Below are positions 1 through 9,153 of a DNA stretch of 54,071 bases, in pieces. The translations under genes and the position numbers were made by a program. How positions within the stretch are numbered: the stretch's first letter is position 1; every line of letters begins with the position of its first letter. The notes under the pieces were generated by a model, which made no database searches, was not told the origin of the DNA, and worked only from the letters and a program-made list of their open reading frames with translations. Source of the DNA: Thermoproteota archaeon (GTDB lineage Archaea > Thermoproteota > EX4484-205 > JAAOZP01); NCBI GenBank assembly GCA_049700215.1, contig JBNAVT010000007.1:1-54071 (forward strand), in the 5' to 3' direction.

Positions 1-178
1 CCATGACCACCGTTTTGAGGAAAGCCCCAGCATTATTAAAGCTTCTACGAAAAAGGTTTTCCACCGGTTCGAAGCATTATTATTTTCCGACGAAACCCAG
101 TTAGTTGTACGTTGATTAAACTGTCCCTCCAGTAAATTTATATAAGCCTTTGAAAGCCACAATGGGGGAGGATGCAGA

Positions 179-1000
179 GTGTCTAACAGAGACTCCCGTG
201 AGGAGAAGCAGTCTGTCAAGCATAATCCTAAAGAAGTGTTATGCGCTGAACATTTTCCAGACGCGGAGCCCATAGAGATCTCCGTAAAGATGAGAAACGC
301 CCCGGGAGTTTTCACAAGGGTTGTTAAAACCCTGTATGAAAGAAGAGTTAAGCTTTTCTCCGGTTTCTATACCGTAAGCAGAGAAGGCGACACCGTTCTA
401 ATAGGCGCTTTCATAGATATTTCAAACTCGAATGCTCAAGCAGAGGACATCGCTAGGGAGCTTGAGAGCCTTGAAGGAGTCTTGGAGGTTATTTTTTCCG
501 AGAAAAGGTTCAACAAACTGGTGATAGATAGTCTCCACTTTCCACTCCTGGTTTCAGGCGAAAGAAGCTTCACGTTCAGAGTGGAGACATTCGGAAGAAT
601 CGTTGAGAGTCTCTACGAGAAGTTTGGAACCGGGGCTGCTGTCGTGCTCTACCAGATGAGAGTGTCAGCAGGGGAAGACAAGGCGAGGAACGTTCTTAAT
701 AAATATCGCATGGATAAGCTGGAGGCTTTAAAGCTGATACTGGCGGAGAGAACAGCTAAAGGCTGGTGTATGGCTGAAGCGGAGGAGTTCAACGCGAAGG
801 GAGCGACACTCATAGTTAGAGAATTGTTCGAATGCTTGCCTTTCAAAGGTAGGAAGGAGGAGGCTTTCAGCCAATTCTTCAGAGGATACTTAGCCGGAAT
901 ATTTGAAAACATTTTGAACACCGGCGTGAGCGTAACAGAGGTTGAATGCATCGCCAAGGGCGATCCCGCCTGCAAATTCATTGTTCAAGCCAAGGGCTAG
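179..1000 (+). CDS. ACT-like + V4R (4-vinyl reductase) small-molecule-binding domain protein
   Basis: N-terminal ACT-like motif (MRNAPGVFTRV); C-terminal V4R signature LFEC...FFRGYLAG...EVECIAKGDPACKF; TTTATATA box at ~137-144. Confidence 0.75.
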   Translation: MSNRDSREEKQSVKHNPKEVLCAEHFPDAEPIEISVKMRNAPGVFTRVVKTLYERRVKLFSGFYTVSREGDTVLIGAFIDISNSNAQAEDIARELESLEGVLEVIFSEKRFNKLVIDSLHFPLLVSGERSFTFRVETFGRIVESLYEKFGTGAAVVLYQMRVSAGEDKARNVLNKYRMDKLEALKLILAERTAKGWCMAEAEEFNAKGATLIVRELFECLPFKGRKEEAFSQFFRGYLAGIFENILNTGVSVTEVECIAKGDPACKFIVQAKG

Positions 1001-1068
1001 GAATAAACCGGGCTAATAACCCTAGTTTAGTCTAAAGTTTATATCTCCACCGGGTGATTTTTTTACTC

Positions 1069-2607
1069 ATGTTTCCAGAGGGTTTTCTCTGGGGGGTTTC
1101 AGAGGCAGGCTTCCAGTTTGAAATGGGCGACCCCCTCGGCAAAAATGTTGACCCGAATACAGACTGGTTTAAATGGGTGCATGACTCGGTGAACGTGAGC
1201 AGAAAGATTGTTAGCGGCGATCTTCCGGAGAACGGTATAAACTACTGGGAGCTTTACGGCTCCGACCATGAGCTGGCTGAGGAGCTGGGCATGAATGCTT
1301 ACAGGCTGGGAGTAGAATGGAGCAGGATATTCCCTAGGGATACTGCAGAAGCCAGGGTTGATGTGGAGATTAAGGACGGGAGGATAGTTAGAATAGATTT
1401 CGACGAGAAGGTTCTTGAGAGGCTTGAGACCATGGCCAACACGGATGCTTTAAACCATTACGAGAGAATTATTGAAAACCTTAGGGATAAAGGGTTTAAG
1501 GTAATAGTGTGTCTGAACCATTTTACTCTCCCAATCTGGATTCATGACCCGATTGCTGCAAGGGACACAGGGCTGAGAAGCGGTGCGAGAGGCTGGTATG
1601 ATCAGAAAACCATTGTCGAGTTCTCGAAATACGCCGGGTTCCTAGCCTGGAGGCTGGGTGACAAGGTTGACATGTGGGCTACTTTCAACGAGCCTAATAT
1701 TGTTGCTGAAATAGGGTATTTCCTGACTACGAACGGTTTCCCGCCGAGCGTTAGAATGAATGCTTTAAACGCCTTGAAGACTTTTAAACGCGTCTTGATG
1801 AATATGATTGACGCACACGCGAGGGCTTTCGAAGCCATAAAGAAGTTTGACAGTCAATGGGCTGATCCCGATAGCTCGCTTCCCGCGTCGATAGGCGTTA
1901 TTCAACACGTCATCCCGGTGATGCCTCTGAACCCCTCGAGAGAGGCTGATTCACATGCTTCACGTTTCCTTAGGAATGTTCACAACAATCTGTTCGTGGA
2001 AGCAGTCTCATCAGGATGGGTTGATAAGAATTTCAACATGGTTAGGGATGGTGACGAGGTTGAAAAAGACCTTAAGGGGAAGCTTGACTGGCTTGGAGTA
2101 AACTACTACACGCGAATGATTGTGAAGGGAAGGATGTCTCTTCTAGCCAAGCTGCTCATGGGCATCCGGGGCATTCCGGAGATTATGGAGGGCTATGGCT
2201 TAACGTGTAGGCCTAAAGATGTTTCCCGCGAAGGCAGACCCACGTCGGATTTCGGCTGGGAGCTTTATCCCGAGGGCCTTGTGGAGACGCTCCTCGAAAT
2301 GTCTAAATACGGTAGACCCATGTTCGTTACTGAAAACGGCGTCGCCGATTCTGAAGACAAGCTTAGACCCAGGTATATCGTTGAACACCTACGGGTTCTA
2401 GAGGAAATCGTCAGCGGGAAACGCGTCGACGTCAGAGGATATTTCCACTGGGCTTTAACGGACAACTATGAGTGGGCGCAGGGGTTCAGCATGAAGTTTG
2501 GACTCTACAGCGTAAACCTGAACACTAAGAGAAGAACCCCGAGGAAAAACAGTGTCGAAACCCTTGGAAGGATCATTCAGAATAGAACGGTGGGCAGCAT
2601 GCAATAG
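1069..2607 (+). CDS. Glycoside hydrolase family 1 (archaeal beta-glycosidase/beta-galactosidase type)
   Basis: FPEGFLWG N-terminal signature, acid/base TFNEP, nucleophile VTENG, DNYEW; start placed at ATG 1069 (ORF opens at GTG 1054). Confidence 0.93.
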   Translation: MFPEGFLWGVSEAGFQFEMGDPLGKNVDPNTDWFKWVHDSVNVSRKIVSGDLPENGINYWELYGSDHELAEELGMNAYRLGVEWSRIFPRDTAEARVDVEIKDGRIVRIDFDEKVLERLETMANTDALNHYERIIENLRDKGFKVIVCLNHFTLPIWIHDPIAARDTGLRSGARGWYDQKTIVEFSKYAGFLAWRLGDKVDMWATFNEPNIVAEIGYFLTTNGFPPSVRMNALNALKTFKRVLMNMIDAHARAFEAIKKFDSQWADPDSSLPASIGVIQHVIPVMPLNPSREADSHASRFLRNVHNNLFVEAVSSGWVDKNFNMVRDGDEVEKDLKGKLDWLGVNYYTRMIVKGRMSLLAKLLMGIRGIPEIMEGYGLTCRPKDVSREGRPTSDFGWELYPEGLVETLLEMSKYGRPMFVTENGVADSEDKLRPRYIVEHLRVLEEIVSGKRVDVRGYFHWALTDNYEWAQGFSMKFGLYSVNLNTKRRTPRKNSVETLGRIIQNRTVGSMQ

Positions 2608-2629
2608 TTTCCCAACAGGTTTAGAAAAA

Positions 2630-3010
2630 ATGAGCCATAGGAAACCGATTTATGTTGTTCAAAAGCATGCGGCTACTCACCTCCATTACGACCTGAGGCT
2701 TGAGATGGATGGTGTTCTTAAAAGCTGGGCCATACCCAAGGAGCCGGAGGACAAGCCTGGTGTGAAAAGGCTAGCGATACAGGTTGAGGACCATCCTCTA
2801 GAATATTCCGAGTTTGAAGGAATCATACCCGAAGGCCAATATGGCGCGGGCAGGGTTGAGAAGTGGGATTACGGGGACTATGAGCTTATTAAAAAGACGG
2901 ATAGAAGCATAGAGGTTGAAATACATGGGAAGCGTTTAAAGGGACGCTTCATCCTGACGAAGTTTGATAAAGCTGGGGAAAACGCTTGGCTCTTCTTCAA
3001 GAAGAAATGA
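2630..3010 (+). CDS. Stand-alone LigD-type DNA 3'-phosphoesterase (PE domain)
   Basis: [51 protein letters not shown] motifs; ATG 2630 follows the GH1 stop. Confidence 0.9.
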   Translation: MSHRKPIYVVQKHAATHLHYDLRLEMDGVLKSWAIPKEPEDKPGVKRLAIQVEDHPLEYSEFEGIIPEGQYGAGRVEKWDYGDYELIKKTDRSIEVEIHGKRLKGRFILTKFDKAGENAWLFFKKK

Positions 3011-3135
3011 GATTCCTCCGCCTTGGCAGGAGGCTCCCGGTTCGCCGCCCTCAGGGCTCACCCCGCCTGGTTCAGGCTGCGTCAAGCCAGCCCCGCCATA
3101 CGCGCAGCACATGGCCCGCTTTAGCCATGGCTTTC
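3007..3135 (-). mobile_element. Degenerate IS200/IS605 (tnpB/IS1341-like) right-end and omega-RNA-like relic, non-autonomous
   Basis: Minus strand encodes KRAM..YGGAGLTQPEP, resembling archaeal TnpB C-termini; four small stems; ends in subterminal hairpin CCTCCTGCC-AA-GGCGGAGG then AATCTCAT; no tnpA/tnpB ORF present. Confidence 0.5.
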
Positions 3136-3188
3136 CTAAGTCAATTTTTATAACCTCACGCGCCATGGAAAAACGGTGGCTTGAGGGA

Positions 3189-4201
3189 ATGGGGGGAGCA
3201 AGGATAATTGGAGAAAGCCTGAGGAACATTCCCTGGGAGGATAAGCCTGAGGGCTACGAGGGAGTGATCTGGAGGTATGGTAAGAACCCTCTGACCAGGT
3301 GGAACCCCACTAGGAGCACTGCCAGAGTATTCAACAGCGCTGTAGTACCTTTCAGAGGAAAATTCGTAGGGGTTTCAGGGCAGACCATAATGATGGGAAG
3401 GCTAGGCTCCACGTGGGCTGGAGCGACGACGGCGTCTCCTGGGATATTGAGGATGAAGTAATAACGTGGAAAGACACTGAGGGAAAGACATACCAGCCTA
3501 ACTATGCCTACGACCCGAGGGTTGTTAAAATAGAGGACACGTATTACGTAACGTGGTGCACAGATTTCTACGGCCCGTCTATCGGAGTGGGCTTAACGAA
3601 GGATTTCAGGGAGTTCACTAGGCTTGAGAACGCTCTCCTCCCGTTCAACAGGAACGGCGTCCTCTTCCCCAGGAAAATAAACGGTAAGTACGTGATGCTT
3701 TCAAGGCCGAGTGACACTGGCCACACTCCCTTCGGAGACATTTTCCTGAGCGAGAGCCCGGACATGATCCATTGGGGTAGGCATAGGAGGGTTATGGGGA
3801 GAGGAGGCTCAGGATGGTGGCAGGGCCTTAAAATAGGCGCTGGCCCAATACCTATCGAGACAACAGAGGGGTGGCTTCTCTTCTACCATGGTGTGGTTCT
3901 AACTTGCAACGGCTACGTCTACAGCTGCGGTGCAGCAATGCTCGACATAAACACCCCGTCGAGAGTCCTCTACAGGTGTAGAAACTATCTTCTAACTCCT
4001 GAGAAGGAGTATGAGACAGTGGGCTTTGTTCCAAACGTGGTTTTCCCCTGCGCAACCCTAACTGACTCAGACACTGGGAGGATAGCTCTCTACTATGGTT
4101 CTGCAGACACCTACGTTTCGCTGGCGTTCGCGCATGTTGACGAGGTAGTGGAGTATGTTAAGGAAAACGCGGAGCCGTTCCACGAGGGGGAGGGAAGATA
4201 G
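3189..4201 (+). pseudogene. GH130 glycoside phosphorylase (beta-mannoside phosphorylase-like), split by a 1-nt frameshift at ~3373-3376 (pseudogene or assembly error)
   Basis: Frame 1: NIPWEDKP..WRYGKNP..RVFNSAVV..FVGV; adding one T to GGGGTTTC restores FRADH..RLHVGWSDDG in the frame carrying YDPRV, NRNGVLFPRKINGKY, KIGAG, VPNVVFP. Confidence 0.85.
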
Positions 4202-4275
4202 TCTCCTGTGCGAAGATGAACGGCTTCAAACTGTATGCGAAACAGAAAATTTCCAAGCTCCCTTTCTTTTTTAAT

Positions 4276-4285
4276 AGCGTGCGCT
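4276..4285. repeat. Dispersed palindromic motif AGCGYRCGCT, copy 1 (AGCGTGCGCT)
   Basis: Read directly; intergenic between GH130 and padR. Confidence 0.55.
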
Positions 4286-4386
4286 TTAGCAGTTATATCA
4301 CTGCTTCGCTTCACGATTGCCCTCTTCCTATAGGGTTTTCTGGCATTTAAGTTGGGCTTCGAAAAAAATGTTGCTGGAAGGTAATC

Positions 4387-4413
4387 TTTATATATAGGTA
4401 TATCATGTATCTA
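4387..4413 (+). promoter_or_regulatory. TATA box with adjacent imperfect palindrome (putative PadR operator)
   Basis: TTTATATA 4387-4394; TAGGTATATCATGTATCTA 4395-4413 is self-complementary at 14/19 positions; GGTGA SD at 4418-4422. Confidence 0.45.
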
Positions 4414-4425
4414 GGTAGGTGATGA

Positions 4426-4833
4426 ATGATGTGTGGCGGGAAGTCGCACCCCCATGGGAAGTGGTGTCACGGAGAAGAGAAGCACGTCTGCCTTAGGGAA
4501 TTACCTGTAAGGGGACTCCTACACCTATCGATACTAAGCTTGATTAAAAGCGGCTCAATATACGGGGCAGAAATATACAGGGCCCTACGGGAAAAATATA
4601 ATGTTGAGGCTCCGAAGGCCCTGATATACGGTCTGTTAAGAAGAATGGAGCACGCCGGCTTCGTGGTTTCCTCCTGGGACGTTGAGGGTGGGGGGCCAGC
4701 TAGAAGAAAATACAGGATTACTGAGGAGGGACTGGATTATCTTAAAGACTCCCTGGAAAACCTTAGGAGGGTTAAAAACCTCGTGGACCTCTTACTAACC
4801 GAGGACAAGGGTAAGCAGACCAAAGAAGGGTAG
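4426..4833 (+). CDS. PadR-family transcriptional regulator
   Basis: LSILSLI..YGAEI...IYGLLRRME..G.V.S.W...GPARRKYRITEEG; His/Cys-rich N-terminus. Confidence 0.9.
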   Translation: MMCGGKSHPHGKWCHGEEKHVCLRELPVRGLLHLSILSLIKSGSIYGAEIYRALREKYNVEAPKALIYGLLRRMEHAGFVVSSWDVEGGGPARRKYRITEEGLDYLKDSLENLRRVKNLVDLLLTEDKGKQTKEG

Positions 4834-4837
4834 GCAT

Positions 4838-5755
4838 ATGAGTACTATAGAGGCCGTGAATCTACGTAAAAGTTTTGGAAGCGTCTCGGCTGTTAACGGC
4901 GTTAGCTTTAACGTGAAAGAGGGTGAAATATTCGGTTTCCTAGGACCCAACGGTGCCGGGAAGACAACGACCATCCGTATCTTAACAGGCATACTGAAAC
5001 CTGATAGCGGCGAGGCCAGGATAATGGGCTACGATGTTCATAAGGATCCTGTTAAAGCCAGGATGCTTACTGGAGTGGTTCCCGAAGAGGCTAATCCATA
5101 CCCAGACTTGTCGGCTTGGGATAACCTTATGCTTGTCGGATCCCTATACGGCTTATGCAAGCACACGGCCGGTGAAAGGGCTGCTAGACTGCTTAAGCTT
5201 CTCGACCTTTACGAGGCTAGAGAGAGGAAGGCTAGGAGTCTTTCTAAAGGGATGAGGCAGAAGCTTCTTGTAGCTATGGCTCTGATCGGCGAGCCTAAAG
5301 TACTCTTCTTAGACGAGCCTACGTCGGGGCTCGACGTTTTAAGCGCCAGGAAAATACGCAGCCTAATCCTTGACCTGAAGAATAATGGTGTTACAATCCT
5401 TTTGACAACGCATAACGTGGAGGAGGCTGGTGAACTTTGCGACAGGATTGCTATAATAAACGGCGGGCAGATAGTTGAAACGGGAAGCCCCGATGATTTG
5501 ATGATTAAATCCGGCTTATACACATACGTATCCGTGAAATTCGACAGGCCGGTTGATCCAGAAGACTTGGGGCAATTCTTTAAAGATTGGGAGCACAGGG
5601 TTCAAGGCTCGAAGGTTCTCGTGATTAGCAAAGAATCGGCAGAACCCGTAGTCAGGGTTGTTGAATACGCTAAGGCTAGAAGCCTCAGCATAATCGACAT
5701 CCATACGTCTCCACCAAACCTAGAGGATGTATTCGTGAAAATTATTGGGGGTTGA
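4838..5755 (+). CDS. ABC-2 type exporter ATP-binding subunit
   Basis: Walker A GPNGAGKTT, signature LSKGM, Walker B LFLDEPTSGLD, LTTH. Confidence 0.92.
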   Translation: MSTIEAVNLRKSFGSVSAVNGVSFNVKEGEIFGFLGPNGAGKTTTIRILTGILKPDSGEARIMGYDVHKDPVKARMLTGVVPEEANPYPDLSAWDNLMLVGSLYGLCKHTAGERAARLLKLLDLYEARERKARSLSKGMRQKLLVAMALIGEPKVLFLDEPTSGLDVLSARKIRSLILDLKNNGVTILLTTHNVEEAGELCDRIAIINGGQIVETGSPDDLMIKSGLYTYVSVKFDRPVDPEDLGQFFKDWEHRVQGSKVLVISKESAEPVVRVVEYAKARSLSIIDIHTSPPNLEDVFVKIIGG

Positions 5756-6522
5756 CGGTGGTGAACACGGAATCCTTCAGCCATTTATGGAGAAGCACAT
5801 GGGCAATATGCCGTAAGGACGTTAAGCTTTACTATGCTAAGGGGCCTATAGTGGTAACCGGCGTGCTTTTCCCCCTGTTCCTATGGGGCGCCTTCTACAT
5901 CGGTAGGGGGCTGGAGGCTAGAGACGGATTGGCTTCTTTAATAACGCTTACGATTTTCTTCACGTCCTCCTCAGTCACACCAATAATAGCACCTTGGGAA
6001 ACTAGGCAGAGGACCCTGGAAATGCTTCTATCCAGGCCGGTGAAAGTCACTACAATACTGATCGGCGATATCTTAGCCTCAACAATATTCGGATTGATTT
6101 TCACTCTTCCAATCGTTCTTTACAGCATGGTTCTCGGAGCAGCGTTAAGCAATGTTTTAATGGCTACAGTAATAGTTACGGTTACTGTCATAGGATTCTC
6201 AGCTCTAGGCGTGCTTTTCTCAGCCCTACCCACAGATACACCTGCAGACGTGGTCCTGTTGTCGAGCGCCGTTAAGCTACCGTTAGTATTCGTCAGCGGA
6301 GTACTTGTGCCACTTACACAGCTTCCAACATGGGCCTTAGCAATAGCTGCAGCCTCACCATTAACATATCCCACAGATCTTTTAAGGCGGCTCTATACAG
6401 GCGACGCCTTTTTCCCGGAGTCAGTGGATATTGTGATGGTAATGATCCTTACAAGCATGTTTACGGTCGGAGCTCTGAAACTCCATGAAAAAACATTGTC
6501 TGCAAGACTGCAGCGAAGATAA
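5752..6522 (+). CDS. ABC-2 type exporter permease
   Basis: About six hydrophobic segments, FVSGVLVP..LP.W....SPLTY motif; overlaps the ATPase stop. Confidence 0.88.
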   Translation: MTVVNTESFSHLWRSTWAICRKDVKLYYAKGPIVVTGVLFPLFLWGAFYIGRGLEARDGLASLITLTIFFTSSSVTPIIAPWETRQRTLEMLLSRPVKVTTILIGDILASTIFGLIFTLPIVLYSMVLGAALSNVLMATVIVTVTVIGFSALGVLFSALPTDTPADVVLLSSAVKLPLVFVSGVLVPLTQLPTWALAIAAASPLTYPTDLLRRLYTGDAFFPESVDIVMVMILTSMFTVGALKLHEKTLSARLQRR

Positions 6523-6612
6523 GGATATTGAAACTACTACGTCTTAAAATGACGGTCTCGAATGTTTAAAAACCAATATAGCCTTAATTTTGACGAACAA
6601 GCTCAGCAGGGC

Positions 6613-7065
6613 TTACCTGATAATTAACACAGACCCCTTGAACCGGTTCACAACCCTGCTTGCAACGCCTCCAAGAATACGGCCAGATTTTCCAAGCCCC
6701 TCGCCCCCTATGACTACAAGATCATAGTTTCCTTTCTCAGCCTCCTCGATTATGACTGAAGCCGGGTCGCCGACTCTGCTTAAAAGCCTCACTTTAACAC
6801 CCCTCTCCTCAGCCATTATTCTAGCCTTCTCCAGTATCTCGTCCCTCTCTCTGATAAGGCTCATCCTGGTTGAGTCAGGGAGCACTACGAGTTTAGAAGA
6901 CTGCTCTACGCTTGGTTCAATCAAGGTTTTCGAGGGTGCTTCTGAAACATGTAGTATTGAAACCTCGACCTCAGGATACTGGAGCTTAATCTTCAAAACC
7001 GTCTCAACAGCCTTATCTGAAGCAGGAGAACCGTCTGTTGCGACAAGAACCCTCCTGAACATCAC
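6613..7065 (-). CDS. Universal stress protein (UspA family)
   Basis: RVLVATDGS..S.KA, GDPA..II..AE..YDLVVIG, ILGGVASRVV. Confidence 0.9.
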   Translation of the reverse strand: MMFRRVLVATDGSPASDKAVETVLKIKLQYPEVEVSILHVSEAPSKTLIEPSVEQSSKLVVLPDSTRMSLIRERDEILEKARIMAEERGVKVRLLSRVGDPASVIIEEAEKGNYDLVVIGGEGLGKSGRILGGVASRVVNRFKGSVLIIR

Positions 7066-7176
7066 TCAGATTAGAAAAACATGCGTTAATAAACCTTAAA
7101 CATTTTCAAACACCTCAGCATCCCAAGGCGGATGTATGTTAAACACTTATATTTCTCTCGGCCCCCAAGAAGCCGG

Positions 7177-9153
7177 TTGGAGAAAAAAGTCTCGACATGC
7201 ATATACTGCGGGGTGGGTTGCAGGCTAAACTATGTTGTGGAAAACAATATGGTTGTCAGGGTTGAGCCTGTAAAAGAGGATGTTGTAAGCAGAGGATACC
7301 CATGTCTCAGAGGCCTGACGGTTAACGAAGTTATTCATAAAAACAGGGTATTGAGGCCGTTGATAAGGAAAGCCAAGGATGAGGAGTTCAAAGAGGTTTC
7401 TTGGGATGAAGCATACGGATTCATCGTTGACCACCTTAAGGATCTTGAGGGGAACGAAGTCTTGTTCATCCCGTCCGGTAAAACGAGTAATGAGAACGCG
7501 TATGTCATGCAGAAGTTCGCCCGCACCGTTCTCAGGAGCAGTAACGTAGACGGGTGTTGCTCTAGGCTCTGCCACGTTAACACTATAAGCGCGTTAAACA
7601 CGGTTTTCGGGATAAATGGTTCACCAGGCAGGATTGAAGAGGTTTCCTCTCGAGACCTTATTTTAATCATAGGTTCAAACCCTGCTTCAAACTACCCAGT
7701 GATCTTCAGCAGAGTTGTTAAGGCTAAGGCCGGGGGAACTAAGCTTATAGGTGTTAATTCTCCTTTGAACGAGACTTCAAGGTTCTGCGACGTTAATGTT
7801 CAGGTTAAGCCTGACACGCAACTTGTTTTCTTAAATGGGCTTGTCAACAGGCTTATAGAAAGGGGGGTTCCTGAGGAAAAGAGGCGAATACAGGGTTTCG
7901 AACAGCTTGTTGAAGCAGTATCCGAATACTCTCCAGAAAGAGTCTCGAAAACATGCGGAGTAGAGAGAAGCCTCTTCGAGAAGGTTGTTGAAATGGTTTA
8001 CTCGTCAAAGGCTTTCGGAATAATGCATGGGATGGGCCTGACTCAGAGTAGGAATGGCTTTCTGAACGTCGTCTCCCTTCTGAACCTCCTGGTTCTAAAG
8101 GATGGTGTACTGCTCTCTGGAAGGGGTGAGATAAATGTTCAGGGTATGAGCGATGTCGGCGGGGTTCCGTCAGGGTTCTTACCCTCCCTCGTATCTAAAG
8201 ACCGGTTGGAGGAGGCTTGGGGAGCCGAGTTGAGCGAGGAGTCCGGTTTAAACATGATTCAAGCGCTATACTTAAACCCGGTTAAAGCGGTTTTCGCGTG
8301 CGACGTTAACATGGCCCTGTCGCTTCCAGACCTTGAAAACCTACATGCAAGGCTGAGAGAAATGTTTGTGGTCCTACTGCACCATCATTTCAACTATACT
8401 GTGAATTTTGCGAATGTTGTTCTTCCAATAACAATGCTGGTTGAGGGGGAGGGAACGATAACAAACTGGGAGAGGCGCATACGGCTTGTTAGAAAAGTCG
8501 TCGACCCTCCTGGGGAGGCTAAACATGTTTGGCGTGTTTTCAAAGAGCTCGCTAGCTACCTCAACCGGGGAAAACTGTTTCCCTATGAGAATGAGAAAGA
8601 GATTTTTAAAGAAGTAGTTAAACTGGTTCCAGCATATAGGAGCGTGGATGTTGAGAAAGTTTACGGTGGCGAGGATGATTGGGGTGTTAAGAAGCCTGCT
8701 TTCTTGAGATATGTTCCTGTGCATTACGAGGGTGTTGACTATCCCGTGAGCAAGAAATATCCTTACATCCTAGTTGGAGTAAGAACACCATTCCTGTTTC
8801 TCCACAACGAGCTCACAGGCCTGTCTGAAACCTTGACGAGGGCGAATAAGAAGGATATTGAAGCATGCTACATGAATCCGGAGGATTTGAAGAAGGAGGG
8901 TTTTTCAGACGGCGAGACGATAATCCTGTTCAGCTCCTGCGGCAGGCTTAGACTCAGGGTTAAGGCAGACGCCACAGTTATAAGTGGAACGATTAAAATG
9001 TATATTCACTCTGAGAATACGCCTGTTAACAAGCTTGTCCCATTAAACTATACTTTCAACACGTTTACTCCAAACTATAAGTCGGTGGCTGTCGGAGTAG
9101 GCAAGGATTCCCGTGTAGGCTTTAATACTGGCCTAGGGCGCCTTCCCTTCTAG
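7177..9153 (+). CDS. Mo/W-bisPGD oxidoreductase, formate dehydrogenase alpha-subunit-like
   Basis: CIYCGVGC-x27-C [4Fe-4S] motif; NENAYVMQKFAR; SRLCH (Cys-His); RGEINVQG; EGEGTITNWERR; start placed at TTG 7177 about 24 nt after TTATAT (ORF opens at 7132). Confidence 0.82.
   Translation: MEKKVSTCIYCGVGCRLNYVVENNMVVRVEPVKEDVVSRGYPCLRGLTVNEVIHKNRVLRPLIRKAKDEEFKEVSWDEAYGFIVDHLKDLEGNEVLFIPSGKTSNENAYVMQKFARTVLRSSNVDGCCSRLCHVNTISALNTVFGINGSPGRIEEVSSRDLILIIGSNPASNYPVIFSRVVKAKAGGTKLIGVNSPLNETSRFCDVNVQVKPDTQLVFLNGLVNRLIERGVPEEKRRIQGFEQLVEAVSEYSPERVSKTCGVERSLFEKVVEMVYSSKAFGIMHGMGLTQSRNGFLNVVSLLNLLVLKDGVLLSGRGEINVQGMSDVGGVPSGFLPSLVSKDRLEEAWGAELSEESGLNMIQALYLNPVKAVFACDVNMALSLPDLENLHARLREMFVVLLHHHFNYTVNFANVVLPITMLVEGEGTITNWERRIRLVRKVVDPPGEAKHVWRVFKELASYLNRGKLFPYENEKEIFKEVVKLVPAYRSVDVEKVYGGEDDWGVKKPAFLRYVPVHYEGVDYPVSKKYPYILVGVRTPFLFLHNELTGLSETLTRANKKDIEACYMNPEDLKKEGFSDGETIILFSSCGRLRLRVKADATVISGTIKMYIHSENTPVNKLVPLNYTFNTFTPNYKSVAVGVGKDSRVGFNTGLGRLPF

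Noticed and set aside
1-11. Possible start (CAT at 2-4, preceded on the minus strand by GGTGGT) of a gene leaving the window
   Set aside because: Only one codon is visible, so it cannot be supported.
2964-3188. Pro-rich N-terminus of ORF 2964..3461 and antisense ORF 2936..3229 as real proteins
   Set aside because: They read through the GC-rich structured relic; only the part from ATG 3189 is GH130-like.
3369-3376. Programmed -1 ribosomal frameshift at GGGGTTTC
   Set aside because: The heptamer is in the wrong phase for tandem slippage and I saw no obvious downstream stimulatory structure.
7540-7580. Selenocysteine in the FDH-like protein
   Set aside because: The ligand codon is TGC (Cys); there is no in-frame TGA.
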